This document shows positions 45,729 to 55,121 of a stretch of 64,000 nt of DNA, piece after piece. The stretch is taken from positions 1-64,000 of the IMG/VR virus record IMGVR_UViG_3300022562_001605. One strand, 5' to 3'. The DNA is from a virus (Duplodnaviria > Caudoviricetes). The stretch's first letter is position 1; each line of letters opens with the position of its first letter. The notes beneath the pieces are model-generated. The model was given only the letters and a program-made list of their open reading frames with translations, ran no database searches and was not told where the DNA came from. A program made the position numbers and the translations under genes.

Positions 45729-48107
45729 TTATGAAATCAATATAGTTTCTATCAAGCTTCCGCTTGGTATTGAATAATTAAACAAAAGATAACTAGATTC
45801 TGTACCGAAAATAGTTGTATTACCTAAAGAATCTACAAATGCATAATCACCTTCTACACCATTTATAGCAGGTGCAACTTGTACAAATTCAACAATAGGT
45901 GTAAAATGTACTTGACCATAGTTTGCGGGTGAACCCGTCATTGGTAATGTCATAGCAGGTGAAGCTGTTGGATCATATGTCGCCAACAAAGGAACATTAG
46001 TATTAGAATTAGCAAGAGATGCTATTGGAACTAATGTAACCGCAGGCGAACCTAAGAATAATGGTCCAATATCATGAACTCTATATCCACCATCATAAGA
46101 GCCGTAAATTGCTTCAGCAGAGCCGCGTATAGTGAACGATTTACCTGCTGGAAAACTTGCAGTAACATCACCGCTTATTATAATATCATCTGGAATAGAT
46201 GTAAGTGGTGAACCAACTGGCGAGCCAGTTGTTATACTAGATTGGCTTCTAAAGTTTGCGCCTATAATTGTAGTTGGCGTTGGATCTGTTGCAAATAAGT
46301 AAACAGATTCTGGAGAACCTATAGGACCTGGATCGGTAATAGCTATACTACTAGTACCACCAGATGTATTTGCAGTAAATGCTTCACCATTTGCACCTTC
46401 AATAGAAAATACAGCATTTGCTAATACTGGACTAGCAAAAACCATAATACTATTAATCGCGAGGGTCAATGTGTTGTGCGTTGTAGTATCTGTTCCAGCA
46501 GGAATACTTATTGTTACTGGACCACCACCATCGATATTGACTGCAAACGTATATGTTTTAGTTTGATCTAATCCTGTTAATGTAGCACTTTCAACAATAC
46601 CCAACGAATCTGTATATAGAATATTTTGTTTAGCATACGAATGCGCATACTGTTTTATTCCATTTATAGATACAGATAGTTTGTTATCACCAACGATACT
46701 TGTTTGTGTAAGATATGGTAGTGCAGGTGAGCCTATAGGTGAAGGTGAACCTAATGCTTCAAATGTTCTTGTAACTATAACATTTGCAGTAGTACTAATA
46801 CCGCTAATAGCAGTATCAACATAATTTTTAGTTGCTGGATTTGATGCTAATGTTGGTTCTAAAACATTTACCTGGCCGGTGAATGTACTAGCACCCGATA
46901 CAACCATCGTATTAATATTAGTTGTACCTGTAAATGTTGGTGATACTATTGGTGCTTTTACTATATCAATATTTTCTATAACGTCTTTTACTGTAGCACC
47001 AGAAATAGAAAGAGTAGGTGAACCAAAGTTATCGAAAACTATTTCCGAAGCGTTGTGATTGTGTCCAACACGTGTAATACCTTTAATATCAATAACAGTA
47101 TCGATAGTAGGTGAACCACTAAATGGATTAGTTACAGTAAATCTTAACGTATTTTCGTTAACATTTATTACAGGTGAACCTGTAAGTGGTGAACCTGTAA
47201 CGGTTTCAACGCTTTGTAATACACCATCAGCACCAGCCGAAAAGACTAATGCATCAACATATTCTTTAGAGGCAGCGCCTGTTGCAGATGGTACGGCTGG
47301 CAAGCCTAATACTTCACCGCCATTTACATTAACATTTCCACTAACAACAAAATTTATATCACCACCATTTATTGATATATCACCACCATTTACAATAATA
47401 TTAGCTAATGGACTACCGCCACTAGAAACAATTAAAGTACCTGTCATTGTATCACCAGATTTATTAACTTTAGCATCGAATAAATCTTGGACTGTTATAA
47501 ATGGTGAGCCGCCAATAGCAAGACCGTCAAGAGCTTGTATTGCGTCAACTAATAGTTGCGGACTTCCAAAACTATCTAAAAATTGATTTTGTGCAGCAGT
47601 AAGGTGGAATATTTGTGGACTTCCCATATCGCTGATGTGTCTATCAACATATTGTTTAGTAACAGCACCGAGCGATTCCGTAGGATCGCCTGCAAGGATT
47701 AATTCCCCCGTCATATGGGAGGTACCTGTTGCTAAAATAACAGCGTCCCATCCAGTTGCAGGAAAGCTATCCGCCGCCGTATTACGAATATATAATTGCG
47801 GTCCAGTCGGTCCAATAGTAGGGCTTCCAGAATAACCTACATTATTATACCACAATTGACCTTCTATAGAATTTAACGGACGAACACTATTGGAAAAATT
47901 TTCAAGCATGTATATAAGATTCTGCTGAATTCCTTCACCATAATCTTGCATACCCTTACCATATAATTTCAGTGTAGTTTTTGCTGAAACTGCTTGGGGT
48001 ATAAATGTACCATTTGTTGGACTCAAAATACCATTAGTGGTATATGGATATACAGAAAATTCAGTTTTCGTACCGTCCGTAAAATAAAAGGTATATTTTG
48101 TTGCCAT
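45729..48107 (-). CDS. long tail fibre/baseplate-attached protein
   Basis: N-terminal YGEGIQQNLIYMLENF..GQLWY anchor, KSGDTMTG and ATKNYVD fibre motifs; 16 GSP; AATAAATA at 48140-48147. Confidence 0.75.
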   Translation of the reverse strand: MATKYTFYFTDGTKTEFSVYPYTTNGILSPTNGTFIPQAVSAKTTLKLYGKGMQDYGEGIQQNLIYMLENFSNSVRPLNSIEGQLWYNNVGYSGSPTIGPTGPQLYIRNTAADSFPATGWDAVILATGTSHMTGELILAGDPTESLGAVTKQYVDRHISDMGSPQIFHLTAAQNQFLDSFGSPQLLVDAIQALDGLAIGGSPFITVQDLFDAKVNKSGDTMTGTLIVSSGGSPLANIIVNGGDISINGGDINFVVSGNVNVNGGEVLGLPAVPSATGAASKEYVDALVFSAGADGVLQSVETVTGSPLTGSPVINVNENTLRFTVTNPFSGSPTIDTVIDIKGITRVGHNHNASEIVFDNFGSPTLSISGATVKDVIENIDIVKAPIVSPTFTGTTNINTMVVSGASTFTGQVNVLEPTLASNPATKNYVDTAISGISTTANVIVTRTFEALGSPSPIGSPALPYLTQTSIVGDNKLSVSINGIKQYAHSYAKQNILYTDSLGIVESATLTGLDQTKTYTFAVNIDGGGPVTISIPAGTDTTTHNTLTLAINSIMVFASPVLANAVFSIEGANGEAFTANTSGGTSSIAITDPGPIGSPESVYLFATDPTPTTIIGANFRSQSSITTGSPVGSPLTSIPDDIIISGDVTASFPAGKSFTIRGSAEAIYGSYDGGYRVHDIGPLFLGSPAVTLVPIASLANSNTNVPLLATYDPTASPAMTLPMTGSPANYGQVHFTPIVEFVQVAPAINGVEGDYAFVDSLGNTTIFGTESSYLLFNYSIPSGSLIETILIS

Positions 48108-48153
48108 GTAATATTTTCCCTAAACCAATATTATTCCAATATTTATTGTTTTG

Positions 48154-48879
48154 TTAACCTATAAACGGTGAAGCGAATATTGGTTCTATATCTATATTGT
48201 GCGATAATAAAACGCTGTTAACTTCTTCCATTGTAGTAGCCGCATTTATTTCTGCTTCTATACTCCACTTAAGTTGTGAAAGTGAAACGAGATTTGCTAC
48301 TATTTCATTATAAACTGTTTGAACATCAGCAAGTGACAATGTGACAAAACTATTATCAAATAATCTGAAATCTATTTGAGTTAGATTTGCAATCGACATA
48401 TGTTCTAATAGTGCCGAAACATTATCACGATCTACCGTGCGTGAATCTACTACAATACCCAACGATGTCGTATAACCTTCATCGCGCTGTTCACGCAAAT
48501 GACTGCGTAACAATGAAATGGCGGAGGTTTTATAACTTGCTAATGGTGTTGACCATGCATCTAATTGTTCATTATATTCATCTTCGGTATAAGTAGGTAC
48601 TTTTGCGGTAAATCCAGTAGGAATTGGACCAATGTCTTCTACTATTGACATTGCTTTAGATGTCGTATTGTAAATAGTTTGTCCTCTATGATCTTCTTCA
48701 ATAGTCCATGTTTCAGTGTCTTCATCAAATACAGCAACTTCACCAATATTAACTGTAGGTGGTGTAAGCGTTGTTGAAAACGCAGGCATCAATGGCACAC
48801 CAGGCTCTCTAGGAGAATAGTATGGTTCTACTGATGTAGTGAACTCTTTAGTTTTCTTGTCATAGTTATGAATTAACAT
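48154..48879 (-). CDS. tail fibre assembly chaperone (Tfa-like N-terminus, DUF4376-like C-terminus)
   Basis: PAFSTTLTPP..W..EDHRGQTIY; FRLFDNSFVTLS. Confidence 0.8.
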   Translation of the reverse strand: MLIHNYDKKTKEFTTSVEPYYSPREPGVPLMPAFSTTLTPPTVNIGEVAVFDEDTETWTIEEDHRGQTIYNTTSKAMSIVEDIGPIPTGFTAKVPTYTEDEYNEQLDAWSTPLASYKTSAISLLRSHLREQRDEGYTTSLGIVVDSRTVDRDNVSALLEHMSIANLTQIDFRLFDNSFVTLSLADVQTVYNEIVANLVSLSQLKWSIEAEINAATTMEEVNSVLLSHNIDIEPIFASPFIG

Positions 48880-48890
48880 AAAACACCCTT

Positions 48891-50726
48891 TTAAATATAT
48901 TTAATTATCCAGTTTAATGCCATGTTCTTTGGTCGTGTTTCTGTTCCACCACCTACTGATACTGAACCAGAAGCAACTAGTTGTGTTCCATATCTCCAGT
49001 ACCTATTCTTAGAACATGAAGTATCCCAACCGCCATCCGGCCAGCCGCAGTAATCATTAGCTGTTAAATACGTATGTGTATGATCAAGTACGGTATCTGT
49101 TTGTAAATCACCAACAGTTCTACCACTTACCCAACCACGGACAAATTGATCACGAAGATCGGGAAGTTTAAATGTTCCTGCACCACCTATGCCGTATGTC
49201 GTTCCTATAACAGCGTACAATTCTGGATAAGATGCTTGTAATAATGTATATCCCCAACAGAAGAAATACCCTGTTGGTTCGGTTGAAGCACCAGATGGTG
49301 AAGCCCATGGGAAAATAGTCCCAATTGGAACACTATCGATTTCTGTTGCTAATTTTACATTAGCAGTTGATCGTCTTACATAAACATCAGAGCTAGCGGC
49401 CACGCCCCCAACATACACATTATATGCAGCATCTATAGCTACTCGTTCCAAGCTATTGGTATAAACCCTGAAAGTATCATCCGCTTGGTTAAGTGAAATA
49501 TAATCATCGCCATCACCACCAAAGTTTATTCTACCAATACCACCGTTATTAATTGTTAAATTGCCTGTCATGGTATCACCAGTGACATTTACATATCTGG
49601 CATCATTATAATCACGATCACCTACGTGTGTTCCAGCTGTTGGATCTAATGGACCAGATAACGTTTGATTATTCATCGCCAAAGCACCTGTCATGGTATC
49701 ACCAGTGACATTTACGTATCTGGCATCATTATAATCACGATCACCTACGTGTGTTCCAGCTGTTGGATCTAATGGACCAGATAGCGTTTGATTACCCATA
49801 TCAAGGGAACCCGTCATTGCGTCACCAGTGACATTTACGTATCGCGAATCCGCCCAGCCAACATTTACTGCGTCGTTGGGTTGTGTAATAGAACCTGGAA
49901 GCGTATTTGCTGCATCCGTAGGATCGGCTAGATTTTTTATTTGATGTATGGCAGGCGAACCCATATCAAGGGTACCTTGCATAACTTTACTACCATCGCG
50001 TGGTAAAAAATTAGATGATACACGTATCCATGAACCACCTATATAAATTTGTAAATTTCTTCCATATTCATCACTTGATGCAGCATATACGGTAGTTTCC
50101 CACCACAAGTCACCTGCCACGGCAGAAGTAGGTTGCGTATCTGATATTGTTATACCACCTACGCGTTTCCAATACGCGGTTTCTGGTGAACCCGCAATAT
50201 CTGATATGAATAAATGTCCACGTGTTTGATTAAACCAAAGCTGTCCTTGGATAGGTGTTGATGCACCAAATGCACTTGCTTTATTTGGAACGCCAATTTC
50301 ACCAGCATATCCTAAGTTTCCGCCAATGGTTAAAGCAGGCGAGCCACCTACAACAACCGTAGTTTCATCTGTTGGTGTACCAACATAACTAGAAGATTCT
50401 ACAACATATGAACCATCGTTGTTATCTGAACTGAAAATATCAAATGTTCCAGCTGTAGGAAATGCTAAAGTAACATCACCCGAAAATGTAATGGAGTTAG
50501 CAGTTACGGCTGTTATAGTATGAATATCTTCATCACTTGAAAAGTTTTCAAGCATATGAACAAGATTTTCAAGCATGACTTCACCCCATAAGGAATGTCC
50601 CATGCCTATAAGATCTATATCGGTTTGTCTACTATATCCACTTGGACCTGTTATAGCAGCAGGTACGACATTAATCGTACTTTTACTAGGATCAACAAAA
50701 TTTATTGTGTAATTTTTCGCAGCCAT
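48891..50726 (-). CDS. tail fibre with tail-collar domain
   Basis: VPIGTIFPW..YPELYAVIGTTYG..FKLPDLRDQFVRG; ETRPKNMALNWIIK; internal 41 aa repeats. Confidence 0.85.
   Translation of the reverse strand: MAAKNYTINFVDPSKSTINVVPAAITGPSGYSRQTDIDLIGMGHSLWGEVMLENLVHMLENFSSDEDIHTITAVTANSITFSGDVTLAFPTAGTFDIFSSDNNDGSYVVESSSYVGTPTDETTVVVGGSPALTIGGNLGYAGEIGVPNKASAFGASTPIQGQLWFNQTRGHLFISDIAGSPETAYWKRVGGITISDTQPTSAVAGDLWWETTVYAASSDEYGRNLQIYIGGSWIRVSSNFLPRDGSKVMQGTLDMGSPAIHQIKNLADPTDAANTLPGSITQPNDAVNVGWADSRYVNVTGDAMTGSLDMGNQTLSGPLDPTAGTHVGDRDYNDARYVNVTGDTMTGALAMNNQTLSGPLDPTAGTHVGDRDYNDARYVNVTGDTMTGNLTINNGGIGRINFGGDGDDYISLNQADDTFRVYTNSLERVAIDAAYNVYVGGVAASSDVYVRRSTANVKLATEIDSVPIGTIFPWASPSGASTEPTGYFFCWGYTLLQASYPELYAVIGTTYGIGGAGTFKLPDLRDQFVRGWVSGRTVGDLQTDTVLDHTHTYLTANDYCGWPDGGWDTSCSKNRYWRYGTQLVASGSVSVGGGTETRPKNMALNWIIKYI
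49564..49843. repeat. 123 bp tandem repeat (~2.3 copies) in tail fibre
   Basis: CCTGTCATGG at 49564 and 49687; unit RYVNVTGDTMTG..LSGPLDPTAGTHVGDRDYNDA. Confidence 0.9.
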
Positions 50727-50736
50727 TTATAAATTC

Positions 50737-51621
50737 CTATACATTATATCCATCAAGTAAAACATGCACGCCTATAATCCAAGATTTAGCGCCCGTGCAG
50801 CCTGCTGCACCAGACCAATCTAATTGTAATTGATATGATTCTTTTCTAACTGCGACATCTGGTGTACTATCAGGATAAAAAGTACCCGATTGACTGCCTT
50901 GTCCGTTAGTGTGTGGAATTACAGAAAGATTGATTGGAAGGGTATTGTTATTACATTTTGTATAACTGTTGACGCTAAATTTAAACGCCATTGTATTAAT
51001 TGGCATAGCAGAATATGTTGAATAATTATCACCCAAAAGGCTGATTCCTGCGCCGCAGTCTTGTGTTAATTCTTTTATAATAGTTCCAGAGTCGCCGCCC
51101 ATTTCTACTTCCATCAAAAGTTCACCCAAATAATTCCATCCTTGTTGGGTTACAGAAGGTTCTGGCATAGCAGTTCTATCACCAAGTATAGACCAGCCAG
51201 ATGAAGTATAAATGTATAATAGTTCGTTATCTACGTTGAACCATGGTTGACCAATTACAGGGAGTGTTATACCGTTCCCTCTACCAAGATCTTTTTCATC
51301 TTTAGGTAATTTTAAATGAATGGCGGGATTATAATCGTACCAAAGTTCTAATGGGTCTGTAGTCGGTGTATGAAATGGGTTATAATCACCCAATACTTTT
51401 TCGGGGCAGGCATTATTTTCTAAAAGTCTGATAAGATTTTGATTAACACCTTCGCCCCACTTAAGCGCTCCAAATCCATAGATACGCAAATCTGAATTTC
51501 TTGAAACACCAGCAGGCCCATTAAGTTCGCCCGGACCGACTATAAAGGAATTCTTGGCGCGTTGTGATAATGTTCCATTATCATTAAACGCGGTTTTTTT
51601 GATAAAAAATGATTCTGACAT
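50737..51621 (-). CDS. tail/baseplate-attached protein
   Basis: WGEGVNQNLIRLLEN..GQPWFN anchor shared with the two downstream fibres; GATAAATA at 51653-51660. Confidence 0.7.
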   Translation of the reverse strand: MSESFFIKKTAFNDNGTLSQRAKNSFIVGPGELNGPAGVSRNSDLRIYGFGALKWGEGVNQNLIRLLENNACPEKVLGDYNPFHTPTTDPLELWYDYNPAIHLKLPKDEKDLGRGNGITLPVIGQPWFNVDNELLYIYTSSGWSILGDRTAMPEPSVTQQGWNYLGELLMEVEMGGDSGTIIKELTQDCGAGISLLGDNYSTYSAMPINTMAFKFSVNSYTKCNNNTLPINLSVIPHTNGQGSQSGTFYPDSTPDVAVRKESYQLQLDWSGAAGCTGAKSWIIGVHVLLDGYNV

Positions 51622-51675
51622 ATGCTATCCACTAAATGTTCAAGTATATGTCTATTTATCATAGGAATATTAACG

Positions 51676-52362
51676 CTATAATCCTAATTCTGTAATGTAT
51701 TGTTTAATAATTTTAAGGTCTTGTGGATGGTTTTCGAATCGCTGTTTCCAATATTCAGGATTAATGATAGTTTCTAGAATGATTCTTTCTTCTTTAGTGG
51801 TGCCATTTATATAAAAATCTGCAAATTTCTTGCTATTCAATAATATCCATGGGGAAAGCCTGCGCTGGTGGAGAAGCTGGATAAGTTCATTTGGTGTAAT
51901 AACATCGAATATTTGGCTTACTTCTACACCGGCCGCCTCCGCAATATCGAACATTGTCTTAATGGTTATTTTAGCTAAATCCTTGGCTGGTACTTTTCTA
52001 GTAATGTGTTCGAGATATCTGCGGTAGGCTGCATCTTTAGTCCAAAAATTTGGATCTACACCTATTCGCACCATTAAGTCTATGAATATCTTAACATCGG
52101 GTAGTTGTGTCTTTTTAACGAATTTGGCAAAGTTGAAAAAAGCGTTGAAATATTTAGAATTTTTAAAAGCATCTGATGCTGGAAGAACGCTATTGTGTTT
52201 TGTTTTCATCCAATCTCTATAATAATGCCATGCAGATTGCCCTGCGGCTGACTTAAAATCTTCTTCGCGCAGCATTTCTTTACATCTGTGTTTTAGAAAT
52301 CGTGATTCTGACTTAAACCCGTGTTGACAAAATTCACATCTATACAAAAAATTTGTAGGCAT
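51676..52362 (-). CDS. C2H2-finger-containing hypothetical protein
   Basis: YRCEFCQHGFKSESRFLKHRC. Confidence 0.65.
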   Translation of the reverse strand: MPTNFLYRCEFCQHGFKSESRFLKHRCKEMLREEDFKSAAGQSAWHYYRDWMKTKHNSVLPASDAFKNSKYFNAFFNFAKFVKKTQLPDVKIFIDLMVRIGVDPNFWTKDAAYRRYLEHITRKVPAKDLAKITIKTMFDIAEAAGVEVSQIFDVITPNELIQLLHQRRLSPWILLNSKKFADFYINGTTKEERIILETIINPEYWKQRFENHPQDLKIIKQYITELGL

Positions 52363-52363
52363 T

Positions 52364-52840
52364 TTATATTAGCCTTGTTTTTAATTCTTTCTTAATGGTG
52401 GCTATTTCTGGTGGTTGTTTTCCAAGTTGTTCTGCAAAAGAAAGAACATCTTCATTAGAAATTAACAGCAATGCTTCCATAGCCTCAAGTGTACTATAAT
52501 GAAAGTATTCTTTTATTACTTCTACCGACTTGGGTGTGCTAGTAGTCTTTTTTGATTTGGCTTTTATAAAGTTATACTTGTATTGTTTTCCAGACGTGCA
52601 CAGTGACATAAGCTGATTTAACAGTTCCTTATGCTTTCCTAAAGTGAAAACAAATGGGTTAACAAGTTCATTTAAGAAAAAGACTTGTCTTGCGTCACTA
52701 GTACCTGACAACCAACGCATTATGATAAGCGGACTAATTTCTTTCTTTTCATCGTCGGAAAGAGAATTATAAAACTTACTATTTTTTCTACTAAGATTGT
52801 TAAGGTAGGTAAATAAATCTAACTTATATTCTTTAGCCAT
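52364..52840 (-). CDS. clamp loader small subunit (T4 gp62-like)
   Basis: LDLF..LNNL..FYNSLSDDEKKEISPLIIMRWLS; near gp44-like gene. Confidence 0.65.
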   Translation of the reverse strand: MAKEYKLDLFTYLNNLSRKNSKFYNSLSDDEKKEISPLIIMRWLSGTSDARQVFFLNELVNPFVFTLGKHKELLNQLMSLCTSGKQYKYNFIKAKSKKTTSTPKSVEVIKEYFHYSTLEAMEALLLISNEDVLSFAEQLGKQPPEIATIKKELKTRLI

Positions 52841-53168
52841 TTGGTATACTAATTCGCTTATTACAAAACTTACATTCTATATACCCATCTTTAAGAACTA
52901 AATGTTCGTATGGGTGGATACATTCATTAACCATTTCTTTACGCAACATTTGTATTTGATCAAGAATTGGCTGTTTTTCTTCTTTAATTATATTGAGTAT
53001 TTTTTGCTGTATAGGTTCCAAATCTTCGATTAACTTTTCCATGTTAGCAAGTTTACGCTTCCAAGCGGTTTTTTCACTTCTATCAGCAAAATTGGATATT
53101 TTTTCAAAAAGAAGACGAACTTCTGCTTGGTCTTCTGTTTCGTTTTCTGGTTTTTTTCTTCTTGCCAT
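52833..53168 (-). CDS. coiled-coil protein with C-terminal Zn-binding motif
   Basis: ECIHPYEHL..CKFCNK. Confidence 0.6.
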   Translation of the reverse strand: MARRKKPENETEDQAEVRLLFEKISNFADRSEKTAWKRKLANMEKLIEDLEPIQQKILNIIKEEKQPILDQIQMLRKEMVNECIHPYEHLVLKDGYIECKFCNKRISIPNG

Positions 53169-54121
53169 TATTCTAAAATTCCCATTGCTTTATTATATGC
53201 ATCGGTATTAACTGCATTTGCGTGCCATTTTTCTAGCGCAACACCCATACTTTCGGGAAGTGTTTTACCACCTTCAATATTAAAATCAAGATCCAATTGC
53301 TCCGCTATTTCTTTTGTTACAGTAAAGGATAGTGGAACATCTAAACCATTTGCAGTTACGTATGCATCGACTATTGCATCATATTGTTGCTGTGCTTTTT
53401 GCATTTGTTCCGGTACACGCAATCCTGCATATAGTCGTTGTCTAAAATATTCAAGGTCTGCCAATTCAAGATCTTCAAGAGTTGGAAGCGTTTCTACCAA
53501 ACTGCCACGTGGTATGCTTCCATCCCTGACGAAAATAAAATCTTCTGTTAAGGATAGTGGATCATATGGATTATATCCATCGACTATACATGGTGATTTA
53601 CGGTCTTCTTCATAATCGTCAAGTTTGGCTTTAAGTCTGTCAATTTCCATTACTTGCCATGATATTAATTCCATATATTCTTCGTTGGTTTCGCGTAACG
53701 ATTTAATTTCATCTTTAAGCTCTACGATTCGCTCTCTATCAGAACGCATTATTCCAGCAGGTGTCCACCAAGTACTATAAGAATAATCGCCGCCAGCTTG
53801 TGCAAAATCAACACCAACTAACGTATTTTTGAAAAAATCTGGATTGGAAAATCCTATAGAGTGTTTTTCTGGCGTATTAATTAGTTTTATTTTTTCAATG
53901 GCTTCATTTAAAGATTCCATGGAAAATTTTATCGTTTCATCTACAGAAACAGAAGTAGATGTGCAATTTCCACCCGCAATTTCTGTAATCAAATGATCAG
54001 TCTCCAAATCTGCTCCACCCAAAAAACGTTCTAATACGAATTTGCTTGACATATAAGGATAATCATAGTTACCATTTAATTTAGGTTCTTCTTTTAACAT
54101 TTTTTCTAATTCATCTAACAT
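53168..54121 (-). CDS. mosaic hypothetical protein with portal-like segment
   Basis: PLSLTEDFIF..RGSLVETLP..DLEYFRQRLYAGLRVP resembles a gp20 portal motif. Confidence 0.55.
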   Translation of the reverse strand: MLDELEKMLKEEPKLNGNYDYPYMSSKFVLERFLGGADLETDHLITEIAGGNCTSTSVSVDETIKFSMESLNEAIEKIKLINTPEKHSIGFSNPDFFKNTLVGVDFAQAGGDYSYSTWWTPAGIMRSDRERIVELKDEIKSLRETNEEYMELISWQVMEIDRLKAKLDDYEEDRKSPCIVDGYNPYDPLSLTEDFIFVRDGSIPRGSLVETLPTLEDLELADLEYFRQRLYAGLRVPEQMQKAQQQYDAIVDAYVTANGLDVPLSFTVTKEIAEQLDLDFNIEGGKTLPESMGVALEKWHANAVNTDAYNKAMGILE

Positions 54122-54131
54122 TGTTGTTTCC

Positions 54132-55064
54132 TTATATTTGTGATAATCTTATAAACATTCCTGCTGCATTAATTTCAGGATCTGCAAAAAGTGCATTCTT
54201 ATAAAGATGGTCGGCCACAACTACTATACCAGCTTCCCACTTTTCTTTTTTACTAAATTTCTTCGATTTGTCGAGGTTTTCGTAAAGAAAACGATACAAA
54301 TCTTCCCATTCTTCTGATGCTACATTACTACAAGCAAGTTTACGTGCATTTTCCCAATCATCAATAGTAATCATATCTAGTAATTTAAACTTATAATCAC
54401 CAGATTCAGATTCTGCAACCAAAGATTGTAATTTACCATCAATTGTATTCTGTTGTAATAAATTAATTATTTTTCTTATATCTGGGTAACCAACTGCTAT
54501 ATATTTGTCTAATAGATCAATGGTAAATTTAACATTTTCTGCTAAAAGGAGTTTTGCAGTTAGTTCCGCAATCTCGTCACGGTCGGCAGCCTTAAATCTA
54601 AATTGTTGACTACGTGATTTAATAGGGGGGATTATTTTACTTTCGTAATTACAAGTAAGGATAAATCGTGCTGGACAGTTTGGGTCTTCCATATATTTGC
54701 GAAGAATTGCTTGCGCATTTAAGGAAAGATAATCTGCTTCTTCTAATTGAATAACCTTAAAACTACCCATAGCGAATGTAGTTATAAAGCTCTTAATTTT
54801 GTCGCGCATAACATCAACAGAGTTTTCATCTGATGCATTTATAAGTAAAACGTCTGATGGGTCTATATCTAATGCTTTTATTAAAATTTGGGCTATTGTT
54901 GTTTTTCCACTACCTTGGACACCAGATAACAACAAATGTGGAATAGTTCCATCCTGAACCATTTGTTGAAATGATTTTTTATGTGAAGCATCGTGAAAAA
55001 CGTATTCATCGAATGTAGATGGGCGGTATTTTTCAACCCATAATATGTGCTTATTAGCTTTCAT
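54132..55064 (-). CDS. clamp loader ATPase subunit (RFC/T4 gp44-like)
   Basis: WVEKYRP, GVQGSGKTT, INASDENSVD, LEEADYL, FILTCNY, IKSRS. Confidence 0.93.
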   Translation of the reverse strand: MKANKHILWVEKYRPSTFDEYVFHDASHKKSFQQMVQDGTIPHLLLSGVQGSGKTTIAQILIKALDIDPSDVLLINASDENSVDVMRDKIKSFITTFAMGSFKVIQLEEADYLSLNAQAILRKYMEDPNCPARFILTCNYESKIIPPIKSRSQQFRFKAADRDEIAELTAKLLLAENVKFTIDLLDKYIAVGYPDIRKIINLLQQNTIDGKLQSLVAESESGDYKFKLLDMITIDDWENARKLACSNVASEEWEDLYRFLYENLDKSKKFSKKEKWEAGIVVVADHLYKNALFADPEINAAGMFIRLSQI

Positions 55065-55092
55065 TTTTTATTATTCTCCATATTATCAGGGA

Positions 55093-55121
55093 ATAATACT
55101 ATATCATGATTACTATGTCAA
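55093..55121 (-). promoter_or_regulatory. sigma70 promoter for the clamp loader operon
   Basis: TTGACA-17-TATTAT. Confidence 0.75.

Noticed and set aside
43151-48107. GGTGAACC/GGTTCACC as a DNA-level repeat (Chi-like or uptake signal)
   Set aside because: Instances stay in one reading frame and vary at synonymous positions, including TCN to AGY serine switches, so the constraint is on the peptide GSP.
49564-49843. 123 bp repeats as a CRISPR or guide-RNA array
   Set aside because: They are contiguous in-frame coding repeats with no unique spacers.
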